A stretch of 11,771 bases of DNA, taken from NCBI GenBank assembly GCA_027001995.1, contig JALTLO010000111.1, positions 38,082 through 49,852 on the forward strand. The letters are read 5' to 3'. The translations under genes were made by a program, and so were the position numbers. The notes beneath the pieces are model-generated. The model ran no database searches and was not told the DNA's origin. It saw only the letters and a list, made by a program, of their open reading frames with translations. Below, piece after piece: positions 1-7,691 of this stretch (position 1 is the stretch's first letter; every line of letters starts with the position of its first letter). The DNA comes from Planctomycetota bacterium. Its GTDB lineage: Bacteria; Planctomycetota; GCA-002687715; DRQF01.

Positions 1-730
1 TCGCCGCTGGCCCAGGCGAAGCCACCAAAAATAGACGGTTCGAAATCGGAATTGCCAATGACATACATGAACATGACGTCAATGCCAAACCCCTCGACAT
101 CCAAATCGTCTTCACTTCCAGTGACGTAGGAAAAGTCGCCCCACATGGTGAAGGCACCGATTTGCTGTTGATAGGAAGCACCCACATGTAAGCGATCTAA
201 ATCAACGAGGCGTCCCCCAGACCGTTGGAGAGCATAGAGAAAAAGCTCGCTATCGATGAATGGCTCAAGGTGAGCCCCAAACAAATAGTTGGTGATGCCA
301 TCCTCTCGCTGACCTTCATCAAATAACTTTTGGGACACAGACCATTCAAGCAACGCTCCTTCCAGGTTGAGAAACAAGCGAACACCATCAATCTCATCGT
401 CGAAAACCCACTCTCTCCCCTGGTCAAACTTCTGCCGCCCGATCTCAAGAGCCATGCCATCAAAGGGGAAATCCAAAGCGACAAAATAAGCTTGATTGAG
501 TGAGATCCTTGAACCATGTTGATCGTCAATGCGTTCGTCGAAAATAGCCCAATCCCGCCTTACACTTACCTTCGTGAATGCGAAAAACTGTGGCGAGAAC
601 TCAAAAGAAAACTCCATCTTAAAACTGGGTTCTTGGATGAGACGATCACGAGGTCTACCCGCTCTCAAGTTGTGATTCCGGCGCCACTCGAGATTCCATT
701 GAAATTCCCCCCCCAAGGTGATGCCATCGG
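1..730 (-). other. N-terminal part of an alginate-export family (AlgE-like) outer-membrane beta-barrel
   Basis: Amphipathic strands (ITLGGEFQWNLEW, FKMEFSFEF, LNQAYFVA, HVGASYQQ, GFGIDVMFMY), a GRQ motif at 440-432 followed by W-x-F-D...DGVR, and FAWASG(D/E) at the edge. Confidence 0.7.
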
Positions 731-3650
731 CTATGCGAATGCCGTTTCCCGGTCGCAAATCGTCATCGTCAATCCGCAAGATTTTCTGCAATCGCTGGTT
801 TGAACGGGGACGCAATCCGCGGTCCTCAGGCTTCGGAGGATCAACCCCTTCAACATCCCAAACGACTTTCGTGTTTGATCGAAACCGTACGGGACTTCCA
901 GCGATCTCAAAGTGTTGCCGACTATAGCGGAGACTCTCTATTTGTCCTTGTAACTCATCACGTTCCTCTGGTTTTCGCTCTCGAAGAGTCAGTTTCCTCA
1001 GAAACAAATGCCCTTCCAGCTGAATACCTTCTGCTTTGCAGAATGAGGGCAAAAGTGAGGGTAGCTCCCCGGGGTCGATCGTCTCCCCCATGGCCGTCTT
1101 AAAAATGGAGTCGTCTCGTATCTCCATGACGTAAGCACCGAGGCGTACTTCTCCACTTTCGACATCAAACTCCAATAGATCGGACTTCACCTCGACCTCG
1201 TCGTCCGCCTCTTCGATTTCTATTCTCTCGGCGTGAAACGTATCACCGCGGAATTCTCCCTCCACTTCGACCGTGTCCTTCTTACGCAAATAGGAAACCC
1301 CCAATTCGATTTCAGCCCCGGCGACTTCATCCTCCAAATCAATCGCCGGTGGCGGAAGCAGGGAAACACAACCGGCGTTCAAGAATAGCATCGATAGGAC
1401 GATCAAGGGGGCAAGTCGCCCCAAGAGATCCCGAGCAACTCCCTGCCATCGTTTGCGGAAAAGGTAAACGCAGCCCAGGCGAAATATCGCCCGAGTTCTT
1501 TCGGCTTCAATCTCTCTTTCTTCGAGAGCCTCCCCCCCAGATTCATAGCCTTTGATGAAATCCTGTCGCCAAACACCCGAAACATCTCGGGACAACCCCA
1601 ATTGCCAAGATCGCAATTCTATGTGGGCCAGCATGTTTCCCACATCCCGCGCCTTGGGACCCCAAGAAACCCCTTCAACATCAATGATCCCTGCTCGATC
1701 GCCATTCAAAATCACGTTCTTGTCGTGAAAGTCTCCATGCAGGACACCTACCCGAGATCCCGCAGCCTGGGGTAGAGAAGAAAAAACATCACTGAGAAGT
1801 CGGCCTTCCGAGGGGAAGAAACTCAATGTTCGCGCGAACCAACCCCGGAGGTCATCTTCACGGGAGTCCGGGAGATCGTTCTGCACATCGAGTGCTTGAA
1901 ACTTCGCCAGCCCCATACCCGCAGCAAAAAAGTTGGGTTCGCGGTCATGCCAAATGAGTTCATGAAGCGATTCGCCTGGCATTTCCCTCACGTCCAGATA
2001 GCCCCATTCTCCATCGAAGCCGAGAATCTGAGGCAGCAAGAATTGATCGTCACCCAAAGCCGCATTCAAAAGAGTCAGACGTTGGGCAGCCTTTTTCGCC
2101 TTCTTCGGTGGCAAGACCTTGCGATAGAAAGCTCTTTCCTCAGTTTGAACGCGAACAACTGCCCGGCGTCCCACCCGTCGCGAGATCAGCTCACCTTCTT
2201 CCAGAGCTTTGGCCAATCCTGGTAAAGCACTATCTGCCTCTGGCTTAACAAGACAGAATCGTTTGCTCTGCGGGTCAAAACTGCCACAGCCTTCAGTACC
2301 AGAACTTCCATCCCGCCCGAATGCCGCCCAGGGGGTCTTGCCACTGGGATAAAGAAGAGTCCAAACCCAATCATCATTGTTTTTTATTGGCAACGTCGAC
2401 AAAGATTCCAATGCTGCATCGAGCATCCTCGCCGGGGACAACGGATGGGCCGCTCCCAAGCCACGCCGAAGGCCTCTGGCTGCCCCTGCCGCGAAACCCA
2501 GGGCAATTCCAATCGGCAGGACTCGCCTGATCCTCTTAGTGAATTTCTCCCCCCACCGCGCTTGGAACATGGCGGAAAAACTTGCATAGCTAGACCGAAG
2601 TTCGACTGGCTGCTCTAATCCTCTCATGTGGATTTCTGCAGCGAAATGACCAGCATCCAAAGCCGGATGAGACATGGCGCATCGTTCAAAATCGATCAAA
2701 GTCATCTGCCCAGAGGAGACAAGAAACTGCTTAGGGTGAAGGTCACCATGGGTGACACCTAAGTCTCCCGAATGAACCCACCCCAAGCGCTCCCCAAGCG
2801 CCAAACTCAGGCGCTTGATTCTCTCCTCCAAAGAGGCGTCTTCAAAGGTCTTCAAATCGTTAAGGCGCAATTCGACAAGCTGCTGGGCCGGGACGATTCG
2901 CAGGTCGGGGTCACGAACTGACCCCATGGACGCGACAACCTGGGCCAAGTTTCCAGCATCTTCGATTCGAGTGAAGGTGCAAAACTCCTCGCCATCCCGC
3001 AGTTCTTCCAACTGGATACATCCGAATTGGAATGCCCCGTATTGTTGAGGGAGGAATTCGGCCAATCCATTTCTTCGCAGGAATTCTGTTGCCCGGCCAA
3101 TCTCCGCTCCACGATTGTCGGCAAAGACCCGCATGAAGAGCTTCAGCGAGCTTTTCTTTCCTTCGGTATCCACCAACCCAAGAGTGAGCTTGCTCAAGAG
3201 ACGATGCTCGGGTTTATAACGAACAATGTCGAGACTCGATTTCCTCCCACGAATTCTCTGGCCCTCGAAAAATGGGGAACGTCCCAATATGCGTTTAAGT
3301 TTGCTGAGGTCAGCCGCCAAACCCAATTCACGGAGTCCACCATCGTAGGGAAACAGATAGAGAATTGTTCGACTGTCGGACATCAACTGAACGCTCAAGC
3401 CGAATGAAGTGGCCTCGTTCTTGAGTTGGGCCCGTTTCGCCATCACCTGAGCTGCTCGATTGGAGTCTACATAGCGCTTCAGGTAGCCGCGCAATTCAGA
3501 GGATTCCCTCTGTACGAGCCAGGCGGCAGTTTTCGTTCGGGGAGTCGCCCGATAATACTCCCAAGATAAGCCCAAAGCACCACAACCCACCTCACCCAAG
3601 AACCGGAGAAACTCCTCACGCTCGGGAAACTCAAGAGTCTCTCGGTTCAT
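1..3650 (-). CDS. Large fusion protein, truncated by the window edge (>=1216 aa): two APH/choline-kinase-like phosphotransferase domains + internal signal/lipobox segment + DUF5666-like domains + alginate-export (AlgE-like) beta-barrel
   Basis: ATG at 3650 overlaps the ABC stop (ATGA, 3647-3650). I found no in-frame stop between 3650 and 1. Starts MNRETLEFPEREEFLRFLG. Kinase 1 motifs: YLFPYDGGL, RYKPEHR, HGDLHPKQFLV (His at 2750), LIDFE. Kinase 2 motifs: DSALPGL, RRVGRRAVVR, HGDFHDKNVI (His at 1739), IIDVE, RLGCVYLFR. Then RLAPLIVLSMLFLNAGC, then VEVEGEFRGDTFHAERIEIE, then alternating aromatic beta-strands with GRQKFDQGREWVFDDEIDGVR and FAWASG at the edge. Confidence 0.9.
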   Translation of the reverse strand, partial: MNRETLEFPEREEFLRFLGEVGCGALGLSWEYYRATPRTKTAAWLVQRESSELRGYLKRYVDSNRAAQVMAKRAQLKNEATSFGLSVQLMSDSRTILYLFPYDGGLRELGLAADLSKLKRILGRSPFFEGQRIRGRKSSLDIVRYKPEHRLLSKLTLGLVDTEGKKSSLKLFMRVFADNRGAEIGRATEFLRRNGLAEFLPQQYGAFQFGCIQLEELRDGEEFCTFTRIEDAGNLAQVVASMGSVRDPDLRIVPAQQLVELRLNDLKTFEDASLEERIKRLSLALGERLGWVHSGDLGVTHGDLHPKQFLVSSGQMTLIDFERCAMSHPALDAGHFAAEIHMRGLEQPVELRSSYASFSAMFQARWGEKFTKRIRRVLPIGIALGFAAGAARGLRRGLGAAHPLSPARMLDAALESLSTLPIKNNDDWVWTLLYPSGKTPWAAFGRDGSSGTEGCGSFDPQSKRFCLVKPEADSALPGLAKALEEGELISRRVGRRAVVRVQTEERAFYRKVLPPKKAKKAAQRLTLLNAALGDDQFLLPQILGFDGEWGYLDVREMPGESLHELIWHDREPNFFAAGMGLAKFQALDVQNDLPDSREDDLRGWFARTLSFFPSEGRLLSDVFSSLPQAAGSRVGVLHGDFHDKNVILNGDRAGIIDVEGVSWGPKARDVGNMLAHIELRSWQLGLSRDVSGVWRQDFIKGYESGGEALEEREIEAERTRAIFRLGCVYLFRKRWQGVARDLLGRLAPLIVLSMLFLNAGCVSLLPPPAIDLEDEVAGAEIELGVSYLRKKDTVEVEGEFRGDTFHAERIEIEEADDEVEVKSDLLEFDVESGEVRLGAYVMEIRDDSIFKTAMGETIDPGELPSLLPSFCKAEGIQLEGHLFLRKLTLRERKPEERDELQGQIESLRYSRQHFEIAGSPVRFRSNTKVVWDVEGVDPPKPEDRGLRPRSNQRLQKILRIDDDDLRPGNGIRIADGITLGGEFQWNLEWRRNHNLRAGRPRDRLIQEPSFKMEFSFEFSPQFFAFTKVSVRRDWAIFDERIDDQHGSRISLNQAYFVALDFPFDGMALEIGRQKFDQGREWVFDDEIDGVRLFLNLEGALLEWSVSQKLFDEGQREDGITNYLFGAHLEPFIDSELFLYALQRSGGRLVDLDRLHVGASYQQQIGAFTMWGDFSYVTGSEDDLDVEGFGIDVMFMYVIGNSDFEPSIFGGFAWASG
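855..1285 (-). other. DUF5666-like small beta domains, probably periplasmic; boundaries approximate
   Basis: Patterns VEVEG...FHAERIEIE, CKAEG...LFLRKLTL and ELQGQIESL...FEIAGSPVRFRSNTKV resemble DUF5666 repeats. Recognised from memory, not by HMM. Confidence 0.55.
1368..1424 (-). other. Internal signal-peptide-like segment with lipobox-like end (aa 743-761: LGRLAPLIVLSMLFLNAGC)
   Basis: A basic residue, a hydrophobic run of about 12 residues, then LNAG-C (Cys codon 1370-1368). It sits exactly between the kinase part and the exported-type domains. Confidence 0.6.
1430..2380 (-). other. Phosphotransferase domain 2 (APH/choline kinase-like superfamily) of the fusion ORF; boundaries approximate
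   Basis: Canonical Brenner-type motif HGDFHDKN (1739-1716) followed by IIDVE. FYRK is the likely ATP-binding lysine strand. Confidence 0.85.
2390..3650 (-). other. Phosphotransferase domain 1 (APH/choline kinase-like superfamily) of the fusion ORF; boundaries approximate
   Basis: Catalytic-loop motif HGDLHPKQ (2750-2727) followed by the metal-binding DFE (2693-2685). Confidence 0.85.
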
Positions 3651-5386
3651 GTGGTCTCTCTTTCTCGTATCGAGACCACAGCGCCACCGCGCATCTCAAT
3701 AACCTGATCAGGAGCGACATCATCCAAAGAGGTATGGCTCACCACAATGGTCGTCCGGCCGTTGGCGATTCGGCGAATGGCTCTGGCAACATCCAAACGC
3801 GCATCTGTGTCCAATCCGGCCAAAGGTTCGTCGAGTAGCAAGATTGGCGCGGATCGGATTGCAGCCCGTGCCAAGGCAACAAGGCGCTTTTGGCCGCCAG
3901 ATAATTTATCGCCAGATTCCCCTATCTCAGTATCAAGACCTTCGGGCAAACCAGCCACAACTTGATTCAGCCCCGTTGCTGCCAGCGCGTCATCGACATT
4001 TTTGACGGAGGCATCTGGAAAGCCGAACAAAATGTTCTCTCTCAGTGTACCGGCAAAAAGAAGATTGTCCTGAGGCACATAGGCGAAACGAGATCGCAAA
4101 GATCCCAGCTCAAAAGTCTGGATATCGTCACCATCCAAGCGCACAGCCCCCCTTTGAGGAGTGAACAAACGCAAAAGGAGGGATAGGCTGGTAGACTTAC
4201 CAGAGCCGTTCTTTCCGGTTACAACGCAGAGAGCCCCTGCTGGGATTCGAAACGACAAGTCCTCAACCGCAGCGTTGTTCTCATTGTAGCTAAAGCTGAC
4301 CTGTTGAAATTCGATATCGCCACGAAAAACCGGAGCCTTTATTCCACCATCTGAATATTCCGCCGGTAAGTCCAAAACCTCAAACAGCCGTTCGGCACAT
4401 GCTGCCGCCTTGGACAATCGCACGCCATCACGGCTGAGTTTCCTAAGAGGTTTGTAGACGGCGCGAGCATAGGAGATGACCACTAAGAGTGTCCCAACCT
4501 TAAGATCGCCACTTAAGACTTGATTCGCTCCAACAAGAAGAATCAAAGCCAAGCCAGCCCCGGTGACAACTTCAGCTTGTAGACTAGCCATAGAAGCGAT
4601 TTTGGTGGCTAGGACACCGGCACGCTCTCCAGACCGTGAAAGGCCAGCAAAAAGCTTGGCACTTCGGCGCTCAGCACCGAACGCTTTGATGCCACGAATC
4701 TGAGTCAGCAGTTCGGATGCCATTGCTGCGGCGTTTCCTTCTTTGCGTCTTTGCTTGGAAACTGCCTTCTTCATGCGCCCCCCAGAGCTTCGAACTGACC
4801 AGGCCAAGAAAGGTAATGGCACAAGAGTGAGAAGACCTAAGAAAGGTGAGATCCAAACCATCAAGCAGAAAGTCCCGACGAACATGAGCAGGCGTTGGAT
4901 GAGAGAAACCCAACCCGAAAACAAGATGTCCCGCACCATGTTCACATCACCCATCACCCGAACCAGCAAGTCGCCAGTGCGAGCAGAATAGTGAAATGAG
5001 AGGGGCAAGAGCTGAAGATGTTCGCATACGTGACGCCGGACCCGGGTGGTAACTTTGCGCCCCACTTGGGCCAAGGCAACTTGACTCAAGCGATTCAGAA
5101 TACCTAAGGACAAAGGAATCAACAGCATGGCCAAAGCAGAGAAATTCAAGAGCGTCTCGGCAGTCATGGAACTCAAGAAGCCCGGCAAACTGCTTGTGTC
5201 TCCGGAAATAACATGATCCACGACAAGCTTAATGGGCCAGGGGCGCAGAAGCTCCAAGAGAGTCATACCGATGGAAGCCCCAACGCCCCCAGCAATGAGT
5301 GCTTTCTGATCTTCCATGAAACCACCGAAGTGATGGAAGGACTTCCTCGCCGCTGCGAAGGCACCTTTTCGTATCCAAAATTTCAT
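3647..5386 (-). CDS. ABC exporter, fused permease/ATP-binding half-transporter (MsbA/Sav1866-like architecture), 579 aa
   Basis: N-terminal multi-TM region (LLRPWPIKLVVD, TGDLLVRVMGDV). Walker A GKNGSGKST, Q-loop YVPQD, signature LSGGQ, Walker B ILLLDEP, H-loop VVSH. ATGA overlap with the upstream GT4 at 5383-5386. Confidence 0.95.
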   Translation of the reverse strand: MKFWIRKGAFAAARKSFHHFGGFMEDQKALIAGGVGASIGMTLLELLRPWPIKLVVDHVISGDTSSLPGFLSSMTAETLLNFSALAMLLIPLSLGILNRLSQVALAQVGRKVTTRVRRHVCEHLQLLPLSFHYSARTGDLLVRVMGDVNMVRDILFSGWVSLIQRLLMFVGTFCLMVWISPFLGLLTLVPLPFLAWSVRSSGGRMKKAVSKQRRKEGNAAAMASELLTQIRGIKAFGAERRSAKLFAGLSRSGERAGVLATKIASMASLQAEVVTGAGLALILLVGANQVLSGDLKVGTLLVVISYARAVYKPLRKLSRDGVRLSKAAACAERLFEVLDLPAEYSDGGIKAPVFRGDIEFQQVSFSYNENNAAVEDLSFRIPAGALCVVTGKNGSGKSTSLSLLLRLFTPQRGAVRLDGDDIQTFELGSLRSRFAYVPQDNLLFAGTLRENILFGFPDASVKNVDDALAATGLNQVVAGLPEGLDTEIGESGDKLSGGQKRLVALARAAIRSAPILLLDEPLAGLDTDARLDVARAIRRIANGRTTIVVSHTSLDDVAPDQVIEMRGGAVVSIRERETT

Positions 5387-6492
5387 ATCAGAGAATTCTG
5401 GCCTCGACGAAGAGAATCGATGTGCTCAACCATACGTCTCACATTCGATTTCCAGGTATGATGCTTGAGGACGTGTTCACGCCCCGCTCGAGCCATTCTT
5501 TGGCTCTCTTCTGGCTGCTCCAGGAGAGCGACAATACTTTCCGCCAAATGTCCGGCATCACCGGGGCGGCAGAGACGAGCGTGCCCGCCCGTCAAGAATT
5601 TAATGTCCCCAATCAGCGACGCCACCAATGGAACTCCTGCTGCCAAACTCTCAATGACCTTAAGTGGACAAAAATAGAAAGAATCATTTTGAGCATAAGG
5701 GGCTAAGGAAAGATCGCAAGAACTCAAACGAACAATTGCATCCTCATGGCAAAGAGGTCCGGTCACCTCGAGGTTTTCCCCCAGTCCCGCTTCTTCGAAA
5801 CGAGAGCGGATATCGTCACCTCCGGGTCCACCACCAATCACGAGCAAGCGCACGTTTTTCTTGGCGGCTAGCAAGGACTCCATGGCCTCAAGAAGCAATG
5901 CCGTTCCATGCCAGGGTTTCGGATGTCCCAAGAAAGCAAGAGTTTTCACTTCTTGAGTGGTTTGGCGCTTGGAAACGGATGCAAATTCTGACTGGCAAAC
6001 GCCATTGGGCATGAAGACTACTCCCCGGCTATGACCCCGGACATCTTTTATTCTCTCTTGCAAATAGGTGGAGACAGGAAAAACGAAATCAGCCTCTCGC
6101 CAAAGCCGATTTTCGACTTTTTGACTTTCTTCCGTGATCGTTGTGGGACGATGCAAGCTGGCCTCGGCGAAGAGAGGAGAATTGACCTCAAGTGCAAAAA
6201 GCCTACTTGTTTGCAAAGCCGCATCGATGCCAGAAGCCCCGTTGAGGGAATAACGTTCAAAAACCACCTCGGCATCGAATGATTCGATCGAGTCAACAAG
6301 CTGCTCCCGTGTCACCCCAGTCTTCACCTTAAATCGGAGCCCATCCAAAGACTTTGGCGACCTTTGAGTATGAAGAAGAACAGAATTCCCTTGCGCCACA
6401 AAGGCATTGAGAACACTGCGTAAGTGAATCGCCGCTCCCTTGCTCCCGTCTGGAGCAATGCCACGATCAGCATTCACTGCGAGAATTCTCAT
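5383..6492 (-). CDS. Glycosyltransferase family 4 (GT-B fold), 369 aa
   Basis: MRILAV start, GAAIH, ERYSL, LEVNSP, FLGHPKPWHG, and the donor-binding region YFCPLKVIESLAAGVPLVAS. ATGA overlap at 6489-6492. Confidence 0.92.
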   Translation of the reverse strand: MRILAVNADRGIAPDGSKGAAIHLRSVLNAFVAQGNSVLLHTQRSPKSLDGLRFKVKTGVTREQLVDSIESFDAEVVFERYSLNGASGIDAALQTSRLFALEVNSPLFAEASLHRPTTITEESQKVENRLWREADFVFPVSTYLQERIKDVRGHSRGVVFMPNGVCQSEFASVSKRQTTQEVKTLAFLGHPKPWHGTALLLEAMESLLAAKKNVRLLVIGGGPGGDDIRSRFEEAGLGENLEVTGPLCHEDAIVRLSSCDLSLAPYAQNDSFYFCPLKVIESLAAGVPLVASLIGDIKFLTGGHARLCRPGDAGHLAESIVALLEQPEESQRMARAGREHVLKHHTWKSNVRRMVEHIDSLRRGQNSLI

Positions 6493-7691
6493 TCTATCCC
6501 GCCACGTTGTTCCATTGTTGTTTCTTGGTCAGCAAAAACTTGAACAATCTGCGGAAGAGTTTTTCTACGATCAAATAGTTCTCGAGTTCGAATGGGTCCC
6601 CGCTCAGAACAAGTGCTCCATAAGACTTGATCATCCAGTAAGCTCTTCATCGCAACGGCAGTGGTTTCAAAATCGTCCACAGGAACCAAGATCCCACATT
6701 CATCATCCCCGACAATCTCTGGAATGCCGACCATAAGCGTTGATACAACCGGGAGCCCACAAGACAGTGCTTCGATAAGGACAGTCGGCAAGGCATCACG
6801 GTTCCCGTCTTTACCCTCACGACATGGGAGGACGAAGAGCTTGGCACTTTCCATCAAGGCCTTCACTTCCTCTCTCGGTAATGGACCTGTCATTGTCACG
6901 ATGTCATCTAACTCAAGGTCATGAACGAGCTGGGTGAGTGCCCCCTGTTCATCACCTTGGCCAACAATGGATAAACGAAGAGACTTGCCATTTTGACGCA
7001 GCAAGTGACAAGCACGAATGAGGATGTCAAAGCCCTTTTTCTCCACCAAACGGCCCACAGCCAATACATGGTTTTCTTCTCGCTCGATTTTTCGCCCAAC
7101 ATCGAAAGTGTCCTCAAGGGGCAGACCGTTGTAGACCATCCTCACCTTCTCAGGGCACTCGCTCAAAAACCGATCGATGATGTAGCGGCGATTAAAATAG
7201 CTGACAGTCACGACCGACTTTGCAGCCTTGGCGACTCGACGAAACACCCCTTTGTCAATGCCATGGCGAAATATATCCTTAGCGTGGGCTGTGACTGAAA
7301 ATGAAGGTCCGCCGCTCAAACGACAGACGGCGGCCACATGACTCGCCACCGTCATGAAATGAGCGTGAAGGTGGTCGACCGAATGATCAGCGCACAACTG
7401 TAGAACCCCTTGCCCTTGGGCCACGATTTTAGGCCGTCTTTGCTCAGGGAGTGCCTCAATCAGTGCACGAAGCTGTTGAGAGTCTTCGACCACTCCACCA
7501 TCGGACTCCTTAGGCACAAGGACGATCAGCGCTTTTAACTTCTCTAAGTCACCATGTCTCGGTTCGTCGTCAGCGACTTTCAGCGTAAACACGACGACTT
7601 CATGGCCAAGCTCTTCCAAGCCTAAGATCTCATTCAGAATGAAGGTTTCTGAAAGTCGAGGAAACTTCTTCAACACATAGGCAATCTTCAT
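6489..7691 (-). CDS. Glycosyltransferase family 4, WcaL/AmsK-like subfamily, 400 aa
   Basis: MKIAYVLKKFPRLSETFILNEI, HLHAHF, TAHAKDIF, VGRLVEKKG, RDALPTVLIEALSCGLPVVST. ATGA overlap at 7688-7691. Confidence 0.93.
   Translation of the reverse strand: MKIAYVLKKFPRLSETFILNEILGLEELGHEVVVFTLKVADDEPRHGDLEKLKALIVLVPKESDGGVVEDSQQLRALIEALPEQRRPKIVAQGQGVLQLCADHSVDHLHAHFMTVASHVAAVCRLSGGPSFSVTAHAKDIFRHGIDKGVFRRVAKAAKSVVTVSYFNRRYIIDRFLSECPEKVRMVYNGLPLEDTFDVGRKIEREENHVLAVGRLVEKKGFDILIRACHLLRQNGKSLRLSIVGQGDEQGALTQLVHDLELDDIVTMTGPLPREEVKALMESAKLFVLPCREGKDGNRDALPTVLIEALSCGLPVVSTLMVGIPEIVGDDECGILVPVDDFETTAVAMKSLLDDQVLWSTCSERGPIRTRELFDRRKTLPQIVQVFADQETTMEQRGGIE

Noticed and set aside
1..730. Alginate biosynthesis operon (algE proper)
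   Set aside because: No algD, alg8, alg44, algK, algG or algX-like genes are in the window. Only family-level barrel similarity is supported, so no gene symbol is given.
1532..1538. G7 tract (and G8 at 707-714) as a frameshift or phase-variation site explaining the fusion
   Set aside because: The frame reads as sensible protein on both sides of each tract (kinase C-terminal RLGCVYLFR after G7, barrel strand through G8), and the tracts are short.
197..3407. Many short ORFs in the track over 197-3407
   Set aside because: All are antisense or off-frame shadows of the long minus-strand ORF 3650 to <1, which carries the recognisable motifs.
1430..3650. Aminoglycoside resistance gene
   Set aside because: The APH-like fold is shared by many small-molecule and sugar kinases. 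The biosynthetic context and tandem fusion do not fit a resistance APH.
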